From the NCBI GenBank assembly GCA_021613535.1, contig CP075496.1, forward strand, positions 3,720,001 through 3,784,000: DNA of 64,000 bases. The letters are read 5' to 3'. Position 1 is the stretch's first letter. Each line of letters opens with the position of its first letter. Below the pieces are notes generated by a model. That model did no database searches and was not told the DNA's origin. It was given only the letters and a program-made list of their open reading frames with translations. Positions 1-14,562 of this stretch are shown here, in pieces. Both the position numbers and the translations under genes were made by a program. This DNA comes from Adineta vaga. Lineage: Eukaryota > Animalia > Rotifera.

Positions 1-2567
1 CAATATCCTACAGGCATTGACATTGAACGATTTGTATTATTCGAATGACAGAATTGATGTTGAATCGGTATAGGTATTTGTGATTGCATTTGATGTTGTT
101 GTTGTTGTTGCATTTGATTTTGTTTATGATTTGAACTACGTGAATGATTTGTAGAACTTGATGATGAACTGCTAATACTATTGATTGAACAAACACTGGA
201 TTTACGTGAACTTAATGAACCTGGTGATGATGGTGGAGTCTAAAGATTTATATTAAATATAATACATTCAAAAAAAACCCAATGATTCCTCTTACTTTAA
301 ATGCTACAATTGTACTGTAATCAATACCTTTGATATCTTTAATCACCTGTTCACTTGTCGTTGGTAAAGAATGTGGTTCAGCTGTATGCTTGGCTAAACA
401 TTGAACTAAATCTTCGATATGACTCATTTCTGATGCAAGAGAGACTTCCAATTCCTAGAAAAAAAAATCAAAAATAGATAACCTTGAAAATTTATCATCT
501 GCAAAATAAAAATATTGTTTCCCGTCGGAAATAACAAAAAATCCATTACATCCGTGAGGAAATTGCTCAGATTCGGAAAGTCTCTTTCGGAATCTGTCTT
601 TTTCTTGTTACATCCGATGATCGGAAATCTTAATTGAATAGTTTTTAGTCAATTTTTATTTTATTTACCATAACAGGTTTTAATAATGTAAACAATGTAC
701 AAAATCGACTTCGTTCTTCAATCATTGCTGACCGTAATGCCTGTTTTTCACGTTCTTCTAACATTCCATAATAATTGGAAACTTCTTGAATGGTAGAATT
801 CAGTTTATTATGTAAAATATCATGTTTCGGTACTAGAAATACAAGTAATTATATTATTAAAATCTTGAAATAATCAAATAGAACAGACATTTTCGACATT
901 TTTTCTGTAATTTAGTTGTTTCAATTGCTTTCTTTCGTAGTTCATTACGTAATTTTTTATAATCTATATTAAAACAAATTATATAAACAATAAGAAAAAG
1001 ATAAAAAATTAATCAATGAATACCTTTGAGACCTTTTGCATGATCTTTATCTAAAGTATTTGCTGATTTTTTCCATTCTTCAATACGTTCATTCAATGGT
1101 TGAATAAATGTTTCTACTAATGAGCATGTAAATGATTTTAATTTCTGTTCAATTGATTTATGACGTAAAATTAAACGTGTTAATGCAGTACCAATATCTC
1201 GCGTTGCACCTTTTGTATTTGTTGCTAAATCAGCAATACGTTGAAATGCATCCAAAAATAGACTAAATGTGGTGATAGTTGATCTAAACAAATACAAAAG
1301 ATAATAATAATTCAAGTTTAATGATGAATGAACACACATGTGTGAAAAACGCGAGTAATGAATGATCAAATCACTTTCATCATGTCAGAGTTTGTAAATA
1401 GAAGCGACAGAAAAGAAAAGTAACTGACATTTGACAAGAAAACGATAAAATATACATTAGACAATGAACATTCGAGGTTATGGTTTATATTAAGAAGACG
1501 AAGAAAAAGAAAAGATAAGAAAGAATTAATATGTAAATGTCAAAATGCCTATTTTTTACATCCTCACGTTTGTCTACCTAGTGTGTCACCTAAGCTGAAG
1601 GGCATATATACAACAAAAGTGACCGCAACACTTTAGTCTTTCTTTTCATTTATATCTCTTAATGAATGTCTAGCTCTTTAACAGTATTGAGCATTAGTAA
1701 TAGTTCAAGTGTTAATTATTTGAAGAGAAAATATTGTGACAGCTGAAGCTAGCTGCTGCGTTTTCCTTCTCTCGCTATCGATGGAAGTCGTTCATCGAAT
1801 ATAACTTCGTTTGTATATATCATTCAATTATCTATTGCTCTTTTCAATGAAGATAAACTGATGCTTCTTATAGACACAAAGACGAGGAATACGCTTTGTC
1901 TGTTATTATAAAAGTACTTCTGTTGAATGTTTTTTTTGTCATTTTGATCAGGCGAATACGATGAGTGTTTCGTGCCTGCGTATATTTTTCTCTTTTACTA
2001 TTTATAGTTCAATGCAAATTTTCAAGGTTCATAACACACAATTATAAGACAGAAACTTACTTCAATTGAAGATGCATTTTGTTTGCTTTGGATGTTAAAT
2101 CTTCCCATAATGTTGAACTGTTCTAAAAATAGCAAGAAACATTATAAAAAAAAAGTAAAATTATGAACATTCTCGCATTTTCTTCTACTTCTTATTTGTT
2201 TCATAGCGTAATCATGTGTGAAAAAAGTCAGATTGTTGCAAGAGTAAGATGATCTGGCTTCTTCATTTTAATATAGATTTTTCGAATACAATCAATTTAT
2301 ATGTTTGCATAAGAGCTTAGAAGGCAAAAGAAACGAACAAAGATACAGTAGTACAATCATATATGTTGATGAAGTCCTTGGCATTTGAAGATCTCTCGCT
2401 ACTCCTATATGTCTTCTAACACAGACGTGATTTTCATTTCTTCTTCTCTATCATGCATAAATTAGAACTTATGATTTATTAGTACTAACCTTCATTTCAT
2501 TGATAATGCCTTGAAATAATGAACCAAGTACGGCACATTCTTTTTCAGCATTTTCAATAACATTCAT
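1..2567 (-). CDS. MTSS1: MTSS1/MIM-like I-BAR (IMD) domain protein, multi-exon; 3' end runs off the window start
   Basis: Spliced translation MNVIENAEKECAVLGSLFQGIINEMK / NSSTLWEDLTSKANKMHLQLK / STITTFSLFLDAFQRIADLATNTKGATRDIGTALTRLILRHKSIEQKLK...WKKSANTLDKDHAK, later TPPSSPGSLSSRKSSVCS; these match the MIM IMD domain and its downstream Ser-rich motif. GT-AG introns. Confidence 0.93.
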
Positions 2568-4256
2568 TTTTGAATATTTAAATAATTTCAATTGAAGAAT
2601 TAATATAGAAAACAAAACGACGTAATCGTCCAGATTAATTACCAATCATTATAGTATTAAACTAATTTTGTCGTTCGACAATCGAAAATCCAAAAAACTA
2701 ATCACGAATTGCTAATAAGAGATAGTGTTAAAATTGATATAGTTGATGCATTGTTTGTTTCTTTTAATAGACTATAGTTGAATAGATTTGTTCATCGTAT
2801 ACATAATACGATCAAAACGAATGTTTATTAGTTTTAGTAATGTTGTTGTTCAATTTCTTTTACTTAAGAATATCTAAATATAAACTACAGTTTGTGTTGT
2901 ATTATTTGTTGTCGATGGAGGAGCTATAAATGTGGGTGATGCTCTTTATGCACACAACGGTCGATCTCTCTCCCTCTCCCTCTACTTCTCTTCTCTAACT
3001 GCTACCATCCATCTTTTTTCTTCTCTTTTAATATATATACTCTCGTTCAGCTAGCATAAATATATACACGTCTCGTCGGCAACGACGGGCGACGACAGGA
3101 TTTTCCCCCTTCATTCTCTTCGTACGCCAAGAGAAGAACGAGGGAGGAGAAGAAAGGAAAAAAAGACGGGAAGAACGTTGATGAACAATCTTCCTCTCTT
3201 ACTCGATTGGTCAAATGTGCCGCAAAATTCTTTCTCCTGACCGACACTCAGCAGCACCCGATAGAGTTCCACTTATAGTACGAGCAAACTACATACAGTA
3301 AACAGATGTATATGCAAGGACATTTTATTCTGTTCTTTGTACATTTATGAGCCTCTAATCTATTAACGATGAGAATGCAAAACATAAGTTGACAATAAAA
3401 CAAATAAGTTTTCTTCGAATAATTATTTTCTTAGTGACTAAGTTCATTAGACATGCAATTCATATGCGTGCTCTTTATTTGAAGTAGGAACGTGATTTTG
3501 TATATATTTCTTTTGCCAATTGTAATAAGTATACACACGAAATAGATTGTTTCATTCGTTATAGTATATTAATTTAATTTTGTTTTCGCTTTTTTAGAAT
3601 TCATTCATTCATTGATCTCGAACTGTGTAAAAACGAAATATTTTTGATAGATGCTTCATTGAACAATTCTTATTTACTAGAACGGAATTAATAACTTTTT
3701 AGAAGTACAAAGTTTGTATCCGTATAGGCGTTTTTTCGCATAGTCTATCTATAATGCAATAAGAGCAAATGGATGCGTTACATAATAAATCATGCAATAT
3801 ATATGTTACACAGATTGAACCCACGATGTGCAACGACGATGTAATAAACAAAGAAAAACGAGAAGAATACCCCATGTAGTAGTTCGCTGCTCTCTATACT
3901 CAAAAAGAAAAAAGAACGGAAGGATCTAATCAATTGTTAATATAGCAATTGTATTTGAGAATGATGATAATAATGCCAAGTTTCATGTTAAAAAATGTAT
4001 TTGTACTTTTTATGAATATAAGGACAAAAAAGAGAACCGGGTATATATATAAAGCTATATGACAAATATTGAAAACTATACGTAATCTCGTACATATACG
4101 ACATCTTCAAATGTACAATGATTGGTTATTGACTTTTTATCAATAGAAAGGTAGTTCAAATTCCAATATTACATTTTAAACATATACAGAAAAAGATCAA
4201 GTCTAACTAATACAGTTTCAATTGAATATTCTTCTTTTCATATCAAAAACGTAGCA

Positions 4257-6435
4257 ATGGCTTTTCGTTGTTCTTTTCAACAAGGTATACTGATATCTTT
4301 CTGAAATTAAATAGCGTACGATAAATTTAAATATAATTGTAGGATTAATTCACTTACGCAACAGCAATGTCCATTCTTTTCGTTCGTTAGCAACAAAAAC
4401 AACAAGTACACCACCGTCTTCAACACAAAAACAACAACAACAACAAACCACTAGCACTAGCACTAGTACTAGCAGTGGTACGAGTTCATCGAACAAAACA
4501 AGTAAGTTGAAAACGAGCGAAATTGATTGAGAATAATCGATTTGTTTTAGAATCTGTTAAGGGTTTCGGTCGAGACGTAGTCTTTATCGATGGTGTTCGA
4601 ACACCATTTTTACAAAGTTTTACTTCTTATAAAGATTTAATGGGTTACAATTTAGCTCGACATGCTCTTCTGTAAGTTTGTTCTAGTTCTTTTTTCTTTG
4701 CAAAGATCTTCTAAACAATTTTTTTTGATTTAGTGGTCTTATTAAACGAACAAATATTGATAAATCAGTACCGGAGTATTGTATTATGGGTACAGTTATT
4801 CAAGAAGTTAAAACATCCAATGTTGCTCGAGAAGTAAATGGCTTTATTTCAACTAATTTTCTTATTTTACTTTTGCTTTTCCATAGGCTTTACTTAGTGC
4901 TGGATTTCCTGAAAAAATTCCTGGTCATACAGTTACAATGGCTTGTATATCATCAAATGTAGCTATGAGTGCAGGTAATTTATATAATAAAATGCATATT
5001 TAGAGGTAAGATGTGGATTTATTTTCAATTATTTAGCTGCTAACAATATTGCTACTGGTCAAAATGATGCTGTTATTGCTGGTGGTGTGGAATATATGTC
5101 TGATGTTCCAATTCGTTATCCACGTTCTATGAGAAAATTGATGTTGAGTTTAAATCGAGCCAAATCAACACCACAACGTCTTGGATTGATGACGAAAATG
5201 TTATCATTGAAAAATTTTACACCAGAAGTGAATAAAATTCTTCTTTTTTTGTATTTCGAGTATAGAACTGTATCATTCTTCTTTAAATAGGCACCAGCTA
5301 TTGCCGAATTTTCTACAGGTGAAATTATGGGTCAATCAGCAGATCGTTTAGCTGCAGCATTTAATATAACACGTCGTGATCAAGATGAATATGCTCAACG
5401 ATCACATAAATTAGCTCAAGAGGCAACAGAAAAAGGCTATCTGGATGATATTGTACCAATGTATATTCCAGGTAAACTATATTATCAAAAGCAAAGAATA
5501 ATTCACCAATGATCTTGTTAATATTTTAGGCGCAGGAGATGTTATAAGTCGTGATAATGGTATTCGTGTATCGTCTATAGAGCAAATGAGTAAATTGAAG
5601 CCAGCTTTCATCAAACCACATGGAACTGTTACAGCAGCTAGTTCATCATTTATCACTGATGGTGCTTCGGCCTCATTGATTACATCTGTTGATAAAGCGA
5701 AAGAACTTGGATTAAAACCAAAAGCTTATCTTCGGTAAATGTGAAAAACAAAATAGATTTTTTTTTACACTACAAATCATTGTTATTGATAAATTTCTAG
5801 ACGTTATATATTTACATCTCAAGATCCAAAAGATCAACTTTTGCTCGGGTAAGAATTCAACAAAGAAGAAGAATAGAATAAATATTCATGATTTTTTATT
5901 CGTAGACCTACATATGCAACTGCTAAATTACTTGATCAATGCGGTTTAACCTTAAATGATATTGATGTATTTGAATTCCATGAAGCTTTTGCTGGACAAA
6001 TTTTGGCAAATTTAAGTGCACTTAATTCAGATTATTTTGCACAAAAATATCTTAATCGTTCATCAAAAGTAGGGAAATTCTTGTTAATCCTTTCGATTTA
6101 AATAAGTTTATATGTAGGTCGGAGAAATTCCACTTGATAAATTCAATTTATGGGGAGGTATGTTTTCATTTTCTATAGAACTAGTTATGTATATGATCTT
6201 TATTTACTTATTTTCTAGGATCATTAAGTCTTGGTCATCCATTTGGTGCTACCGGTGTTCGACTTGTGACTACAGCGGCTAATCGATTAATCAAAGAAAA
6301 TAAACGTTTAGCTTTGGTTGCTGCTTGTGCAGCTGGCGGACAAGTAAGTTTTTCGATGAAAGAAAATTATTTATTATAAATTTTTATTTTATATTTATTT
6401 AGGGTCATGCAATGCTAGTTGAACGATATCAATAA
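4257..6435 (+). CDS. HADHB: Mitochondrial trifunctional enzyme subunit beta (3-ketoacyl-CoA thiolase), multi-exon
   Basis: Mitochondrial-type presequence, then [21 protein letters not shown], catalytic [70 protein letters not shown]. Stop at 6433-6435. Confidence 0.95.
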
Positions 6436-7657
6436 AGTTCTTGAGTTTTATAGTTTTCTATTAAATCAAATGCGCAAAATAACATTTGATTGTAGAGGAC
6501 TTTGCATTACTAGTTCGTTGATCCTCTTCGTGTAAAATTTAGATGTAGCAGTATTTTGATCCATCAAGATGCAGTGGTAACATCAGTCTTCCATCCTGAA
6601 TTTCGTTACAGTTGAGTACAATATTTCCGGTTTTTTGTTCAAAAGAATCATTAGAAGAAACAATCTGCAGTATCTGAGAGAAAACTTTTCAGCTTTAGTG
6701 TACATTGAGAAACGGACAGTGAAGAAAGAAACAATATTGGGATTACTTTCATTCGTAGTTACTTCAGCATTTTACGGATGATAGTATTCGAGAACTTTAA
6801 GTTTATCATACTTCGACTTCAATCATCAGGATATGTCATCAACCCTTAAATTTCCAAAGTTTTCTGTTGAGTCGTCGCGGAAAACTCCAGAAACACTAGA
6901 CAACCGTCACCTATGATGATAATTGATAGAAATATCTATTCAATTTCAACGTTTTTCGAATGCTCTAGTATCTGATGAATTTTTCTAAACTATCTTCTGT
7001 AGCTACTGTCCTTTGTTTATATTTGATAACTTGAGAAGTGAAATTCTTCAGATCAATTTCTCTGTATTCAGCTGCAAATCGAACAAGAAGAGATTTACTC
7101 AACACAAATACAAACAGATAATTATATTATCAGAACATATTGGAGCTCTTGATAAATTCGAATTCGTCTTCTGATTAGTCATGTAAAACGAAGGAAAGAT
7201 TAAGTAGTTTCTTTGTCAAGTCAACACAATTGAAAATCTGACATCAATATAAGATTTTTCAGAGCCAACAGGTAAGTTGACAACGTCATAGAACGCCCTC
7301 TATCCATTTCGTCAAATTGACACTATCGAAAGTCAACGAATCGAAAAAGACTATAATTTAGTCTCTAATTATTACAAAACGGTAAATTTTATGATTTTCG
7401 TCAAGTATTATTGAGAGAATGAAATTACATAGAAAATAAGAAAATATTCTGTCTATATATATAGTAGTAGCGAGTAGTGCATTATGATTCATTCTATTTT
7501 TATTCTTCCAATTCATTTCGACGATAGCTTCACATTCACATTCGAATGTATTGATTTATCCAGAATTCTTTTTCTTTTTCTTTAGTTCTAAACTGACTAT
7601 ACGATAAATTATCTTAGACTATAATAATAATAATAATCGTTTCTTATTCTCTTTTAG

Positions 7658-8104
7658 ATGGCTGACGATGGAGATTATGATGATGGCGGCGATATGGGCA
7701 TGGATGATGATATCGACGAAGATGAATTCAATGAAGATGATCAAGATCTCGATGGCGAACAAAATACCCAATCAGGTGGACAACAAATGCAAGGTGATGA
7801 TCGAATGGAAATTCTGAATGAAGAAGATCTTGGTGGTGCACAGCCCGGTATGAGAACTGATCCATCAAAACGAATCACAACACCATACATGACAAAATAT
7901 GAACGAGCACGTGTCTTAGGTACACGAGCATTACAGATTGCAATGTGTGCACCATTGATGGTAGAACCTGATGGTGAAACTGATCCACTACAGATCGCAA
8001 TGCGAGAACTGAAAGAAAAGAAAATTCCAATGATTATTCGTCGATATTTGCCTGATGGAAGTTTTGAAGATTGGAGTATTGATGAATTAGTTATAACAGA
8101 CTAA
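7658..8104 (+). CDS. POLR2F: RNA polymerase I/II/III common subunit RPABC2 (RPB6), uninterrupted CDS
   Basis: Acidic N-terminus followed by [28 protein letters not shown]...[22 protein letters not shown], the RPB6 signature. Confidence 0.97.
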   Translation: MADDGDYDDGGDMGMDDDIDEDEFNEDDQDLDGEQNTQSGGQQMQGDDRMEILNEEDLGGAQPGMRTDPSKRITTPYMTKYERARVLGTRALQIAMCAPLMVEPDGETDPLQIAMRELKEKKIPMIIRRYLPDGSFEDWSIDELVITD

Positions 8105-8179
8105 AATCTGTTTTTTGTTGTTTGTAATTTAAATTCTAATTGCTATCCATATTTCAGATAGAAATAAATTCTAATAATC

Positions 8180-11100
8180 ATGGAAATTAATGAACAAAAT
8201 CTCGAAGCACTTTCAACATATTTACGAAAAACATTATCAGCAGATGGAAATGAACGATCGGAAGGTAAATATCCTTTTTGTACGAATTCATTTATCATTC
8301 AACTGTTTCTCATAGCTGAAAAAACTTTGAAACAAATTGAAAGAAATGAAAACTATTCAGCTTTATTATTAACTCTTTGCGATCAACAAACAGCACCGAA
8401 TGAAATTCGTCGTGCAGCTGTAATTACATTTAAAAATTTCATTAAACGTAATTGGCCATCACTTGATGAATCAAATTCAATCTCAATTCGTGATCGAACT
8501 CATATCAAAGAACATATTATTGATTTAATGACTCGATCACCCGAACATATTCAAGAACAATTATCCGAAGCTATAACTGTCATTGGAAAATGTGATTTTC
8601 CTGATCAATGGTCAACATTACTCGATACAATGGTAAAACAATTTCAACAACAATCATCAAGCTCATTTCAATCAATCAATGGTGTTCTTAAAACAGCGCA
8701 TTCACTATTTCAAAGATATCGATACGAACAGAAATCCGATGAATTATGGTTAGAAATTAAATTAGTTCTCGAAAAATTTGCACCAGCTTTTACGGAACTA
8801 TTCAAAGTAAATATATTCTTTTTTCATGATACTAATCTTCTGAATATTCCAGTCTTTAATGAGTTATTATCCACAAAAAGAATCTGATCCAGTGGAAATG
8901 AAGAATATCTTCAATTCATTACTTGTGATTATTAAAATCTTCTATGATCTTAATGCTCAAGTTAGTTGTGGAGAAATAAACCATTTGAAAAAAACATTAT
9001 TTTATATCGTAGGAATTACCAGAGCATTTTGAAGATAACATCACAATTTACATGACACACTTTTTGACACTTTTAACCTACGATCACCCAACACTTCATT
9101 CGAAGGTACAAACCAATGATTTGAATTCTTTTCGACTTGTTTTGTTTTTGATAAATCTAGAATAATGATCCAGGAGTCTTAGATGAAGTTAAAACTGAAA
9201 TCTGTCGATCTGTTGCGCTCTATGCAGATAATTATAGTGATGAATTTAAACCATATGCTCAACAATTTGCATTATCCATTTGGTCCTTATTAACACGATT
9301 AAATCTTTCACCATCGTATGATGAAGTAAAGAGAATTTTGAATCTGATGTTTTTTGTACTGATGATTTTTTTCTTGAAGTTAATCGGTACTGCTATGAAG
9401 TTTTTATCGACATTAGCTGCTCGAAGTCATCATTGTAGTATGTTCGAAGGTGGTGATACATTGAAAACCGTTTGTGAACAAGTTATTTTACCTAACTTGT
9501 TTCTTCGAGGTTTGAATTTGATTTTTATGTGTTTGTCAAAAGTAGAAATGAAGTTGTATGTTGGATTTAGAATTAGATATTGAAGAATTTGAAGATAATC
9601 CAGAAGAATATATTCGGAAAGATATTGAAAAATCAGGTAAGAAACTTGATGAATTCTGTTTGATTAATTTCGTCGGTTTTACTTTTGTAGATTCGGCAAC
9701 ACGACGACGAGCTGCTTGTGATTTTCTTCAAGCATTATGTATCTTTTTTGAGTCTCAAGTTGTTCAAATCTGTAGTCGATATATTGACACAATGCAAAGC
9801 GTAATTATTCTATTCTCTTGAAGTTAACAAAAAAAACAAATCTCTATTTTAGGAATATTTACAAAATCCAACAAAAAATTGGTTGAAAAAAGATACATGT
9901 ATCTTTCTTGTCTTAGCACTTGCATCTAAAGGTGAAACACAAAAGGTTTGTAAAAGACTTTTCTCTTCTCATTCAATATTTACATTTCGTATTCATAGTT
10001 CGGTATTACAAAAACCAGTTCATTCATCAGTATTCCAGCTTTTTATGCAGCAAGTATCTTGTCTGAATTACAAAATCAAGACAGTATGTTTCTTCCCTTT
10101 GTTTTCTCGTTTAAAAGCTTTCTCGATTTTAGTCAATAGTCTCCCATTAATTAAAGCTGATTGTCTGAAATTTTTAATCGATGTTCGAAATCAAATCGAC
10201 CGTGATGCATTACTCATTTCAATTCCTCAATGTGTTCGATATTTATCATCCAATAATATAGTTGTTCAAACTTATGCAGCACATGCCATCGAACGTTTAT
10301 TACTTGTTCGTCAAGCTGCTGATCAAAAACAAACAGCGTAAGATTTTCTTTCTTTACTTAAACATAAATACGATTTTCTTGTTTAGAATAACAAAAACTG
10401 ATTTGATTCCACATGCTCAAACAATGTATGATCATTTCTTTCGAATATTAACATCAGAAAAGTCGTATGAAAATGAATATGTCATGCGAGCTGTGATGAG
10501 ATTATCATCAGCACTTCAAGATGGACTTTTACCATATTTAAATCTTTTAATCGAAAAATTAGTTATGATCCTACGACGATCAAGCAAAGTAAGTGAAATT
10601 GTCGAAAAGAAAACTCATATTATACATTTGTATTGTTTAGAATCCAAATAAACCAAATTTTAATCATTATCTATTTGAAACAATCACTGTCTTAATTCGT
10701 ACAAGTGTTTCACAGAACCCAAATGTTCTCGAACAATTTGAACAAATACTTTTTCCAGTATTTACGCCTATCTTTACTGATGATATTGCTGGTAAAGAAA
10801 AATCTCTCACCAATCATATGATTTCAACGTTTTTGTTTTAGAATTTGTTCCATATGTTTTACAAATTATTGGATTTTTATTGGAATCTCATTCATCAACC
10901 ATTCCGGAAACATATCGAGCATTATTTCAATCCATTCTTACACCATCATTTTGGGATCGTAGTGGAAATATTCCAGCATTAACAAGACTCTTACAAGCAT
11001 ATATCGAAAAAGCAGGTGAAACCATTGTCTTAGAAAAACTGGTAAGATTAATTTTAAGTTTTAAAACTCTGAAATTTTTCTCTTTACCTTTTTCTGAATA

Positions 11101-12228
11101 GACAACAGTTCTTGGAATTTTTCAACGACTTGTATCTCAATCGAAAGTTCATGACCATGAAGGTTTTGCAATATTAAATTCTTTGGTTATTCATTTACCG
11201 GTCGGATGTTTAAATAATTACTTTAAAGATATCTTTATTGTTATATTTACACGTTTAACAAAAGCCAAAACACAAAAATTAATTCGATGCATCATCGTCT
11301 TTTTTTCGTATTTCATTATCAAATACGGTGCACAAGAATTAATCAATCAAGTTGATACAATTCAAAACAAGTAATTCATTTTAAAACATTGAAAATCTTT
11401 TTTGATTTTCGTTTTTTGTTTCCAGTATGTTCCAAATGGTTATTGAACGTTTATTTATTCCTGAATTAACAAAAGTTGATGAAAATGAAAAGAAAATTTG
11501 TGCAATTGCAATAGTACATTTATTATGTGATCCACAATCGATGACAAATGGAAATTATTGTAATAGTTTATGGATTAGTTTATTACAAGCTTTACTTCGA
11601 TTATTTGAATCAAGTAGTCAATTACAAACTATGACAGCTGCTGAAAGAAAAAAAGAAGCACAAGAACAAGCAGAAGAGGAATTACTTGTTGGATTAGATG
11701 ATACACCAGGTTAGTAGAAATTAAATACAGCGATCTCATTCAGACGAGAAGAATTACGTACAGAATAAATAGCATTATTCAGAATACAAAAGAAGAAGTC
11801 AATCGAGATACTAGATAGACTTATTGGATTATACTTGAAGACAATAATAGATCATAAAACTAAGAGAGCGTTCATTTAGAAATCATATATTGAGTGCAGA
11901 TTCGTTGATTGTTGATTCTAATCACTTGCTAATTTATTTACTCTTTAAGATTATACACCTGCATTTTCACGTTTGGCTTTTGCGAAAAAATCTTCAACAG
12001 ATATGTTTGGTTCAAGTATTCCAGATCCTCGTTATCATTTAGCAAAATGTTTACATACATTAACAACAACTCAACCTAATCAAGTGAGTTCTCGCGTTGA
12101 TTGTCTTCAAAATAAAATCACCTATTTTCTTTGAATAGTTTTTATCAATGATGAGCAATGGTTTATCACCAGAACATTTGTCACATATTCAACAATATTG
12201 TTCATTAGCAAATGTAACACTTATGTGA
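8180..12228 (+). CDS. CSE1L: Exportin-2 (CAS/Cse1), multi-exon
   Basis: Importin-beta N-terminal motif (AAVITFKNFIKRNW), DFPDQW, FQRYRYEQKSDELWLEIK, QELPEHFEDN, EEFEDNPEEYIRKDIE..D..TRRRAACD, YENEYVMRAVMR, NPNKPNFNHYLFE, WDRSGNIPALTRLL, PDYTPAFSRLAFA; TGA at 12226-12228. Confidence 0.95.
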
Positions 12229-12739
12229 ATCCAATTCTTTAACTCAGATATATATTTCTAACCTTGATGAATTCATATTTTTTCTTTCTGTCAAAGATAT
12301 TTTTAATGAGAAAAACAAAACTCATGTTCTTAAACAAATAAAATTCATTTGATTATCCTAAAGATAAAAAAAAAATTATTTGAATTTTTCTTTGAGATGA
12401 AATAATGGCTTAATATTCCAGTGTTTCTAATTAGAATCTAAAACAGAATATAAATGTACGCTCTGATTTTCAACACAAAGTGCCCAGAAAAGCGATGATT
12501 TTGACTTTGCAATTTTCTGAGACAATTAAAATGAAGTTATGATGAAGAAAAGTTAGATACGACTTTCGTTTAACAAATACTTTACAGCTGAGAGAAAATA
12601 TGATCATGCGTGAACAGACTTATGAAAATTCATTTCTTAACAATCTATATTCTTCATCCTAGTATCATTCGAAATCTCCTTACGTTGAATTTGATTCATA
12701 AGAATTATTAGGAAAATTAATTATAAACTCTACTTTGCA

Positions 12740-13548
12740 TCTGATATAACATTAGTATGAAATTGGAAGATAGTATTGCAGTTAATCATTAGAGAAAATG
12801 CGTTTTCGTATAGCATCGTTTCTTACTGTAAATAAATCTGCGATCAGTTGAATTAGAATTAATTTTTCGTTCGATGATGTTTGTCGAAGATGGTGTGGGT
12901 GAGACGTTAAAGATCATTAGTAGAAACAAAGAATTATTCGCAAATTGGTTAAGGCAGATTGAAATGGATGCTGAAATATTATACTAGGGTGTACCGTTTC
13001 TTCTGTAATTGGCTTACCAAAGATGGTACTATTCAGTCTTCGTAGAAACTTTACACATATATGTTGTCTGTGCTCAATCTCCTTTCAAGTGACAGTCGAT
13101 GTTCGGTATTGGGTTCGTTAAGGTTTCACTTCATCTTGCTATGGATTCCAAAGTATAGTGTTTAAATCTGCAAACTTATCTAATACGACTGTGGAATTAC
13201 TACAAATAATTCATCAATTAAGTCTTCGGCTATTGAATCATTAAAAATTTTTGATATACAACAAATACGAATTGATAGAAGATATTGTTGAACAGCATAA
13301 TTCATAGCAACCATTGAAATATTGACTTTTACATTTCGTAAATCAACATTATTCTTGAATTTGTTTTTAATTTCATTTGAATAATAATGCGGATTTTCAC
13401 CATCTGATTTAGTAAAAGGATACTGATGATCATTAATTTGATTTGTTAAGTTACTATTAAAAAATACACGTTCAAATGTAAGAGGAGTTGGTGGTGGACG
13501 ACGAAAAGAATCACCTCGCTGTTGTCTTTGTGCACGAGTTTTTGCAGT
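12740..13548 (-). pseudogene. Degenerate coding-like sequence of unknown family
   Basis: After a TTTCTAG acceptor (13549-13550) a ~120-codon open stretch (TAKTRAQRQQRGDSFRRPPPTPLTFERVFF...) continues into frameshifted, stop-interrupted coding-like sequence. Part of it (12767-12870) has a diverged copy at ~22937-23040. Confidence 0.4.
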
Positions 13549-14562
13549 CTAGAAATAAAACAAATCAATTTAATAATATTTTATTCAATCTCGTCTGTGC
13601 ATAAGAAATAAATGTAAATTTTTTAGATTGTAGAAAACTGCATTCAGACGATATTGCAATTATAATCAACACGTTTTTGAGGCAAAACAAATCAAGGAAT
13701 CAATGGGATATATGATGAATCTTATTCTCTCTTAATTTAATCATATATATCAACTTTTCTTGTATTACATATGATGTCTATATTTTTTCTCTTCCTTCAC
13801 TCAGCCCGATTTATATATGTCGATATCTTTTCTTTTCTCTGTATTCTATCCGATCGTTTGTTATTCATTTACACAAGTCTGTTCATATCTCTGTGTTCTT
13901 GAGTAAACTCATTCATTTAAACACATATAATCACGAACGACAACCTACATGTTGATGGCATCTCAATTATACCTACATTTTCTTTGCATTCCCCGTTAAA
14001 GATTAACAAAGAAATGTCATAACATCTATTCTTTCAATCCGATCTATATAATAACTCAAACATTTTGACAACCTGTATGAACATGTAACAAAGCTATCAT
14101 ACAAACAGTTGCCCTATGATCCTTTAAATAGTCTATTTCAGCAAAAATTCTACTTTTTAATCTACCACATGAAAAGTATAGAACATATGGCATCTACAAT
14201 TATTTAAACGTACAAATTTACATTGAAACTAGTTTCTAAGGATTTCCGTAACTTACAGTTGTATAAAATCTTCATTCATAAAAGATTACAGCAATGAAAA
14301 TAGTATACTGTAATTCATACGGAAACATTTCGTATATATTCCAACTCCCATAGCGAATGTCAGCAAGGATTACTGAGTAAAACCATCCATTGTCACAGTA
14401 TTTTGGCTGAAAACACTGGTTTTTGGTTATAGACCCCCTCTCATCCGGTACCATTCGATGTGGAATGATGAACTCTATTCATCCCAGAAGTATTAGACCT
14501 ATCCCAAATACATAAGCGAATGTCAGCAGGAGATACTCGAATCTGCTGCTAACTTCCATCAC

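Noticed and set aside
11711-11949. Enlarged CSE1L intron as a possible snoRNA host
   Set aside because: No clear C/D box pair with terminal stem or H/ACA architecture seen by eye; would need Infernal/snoscan.
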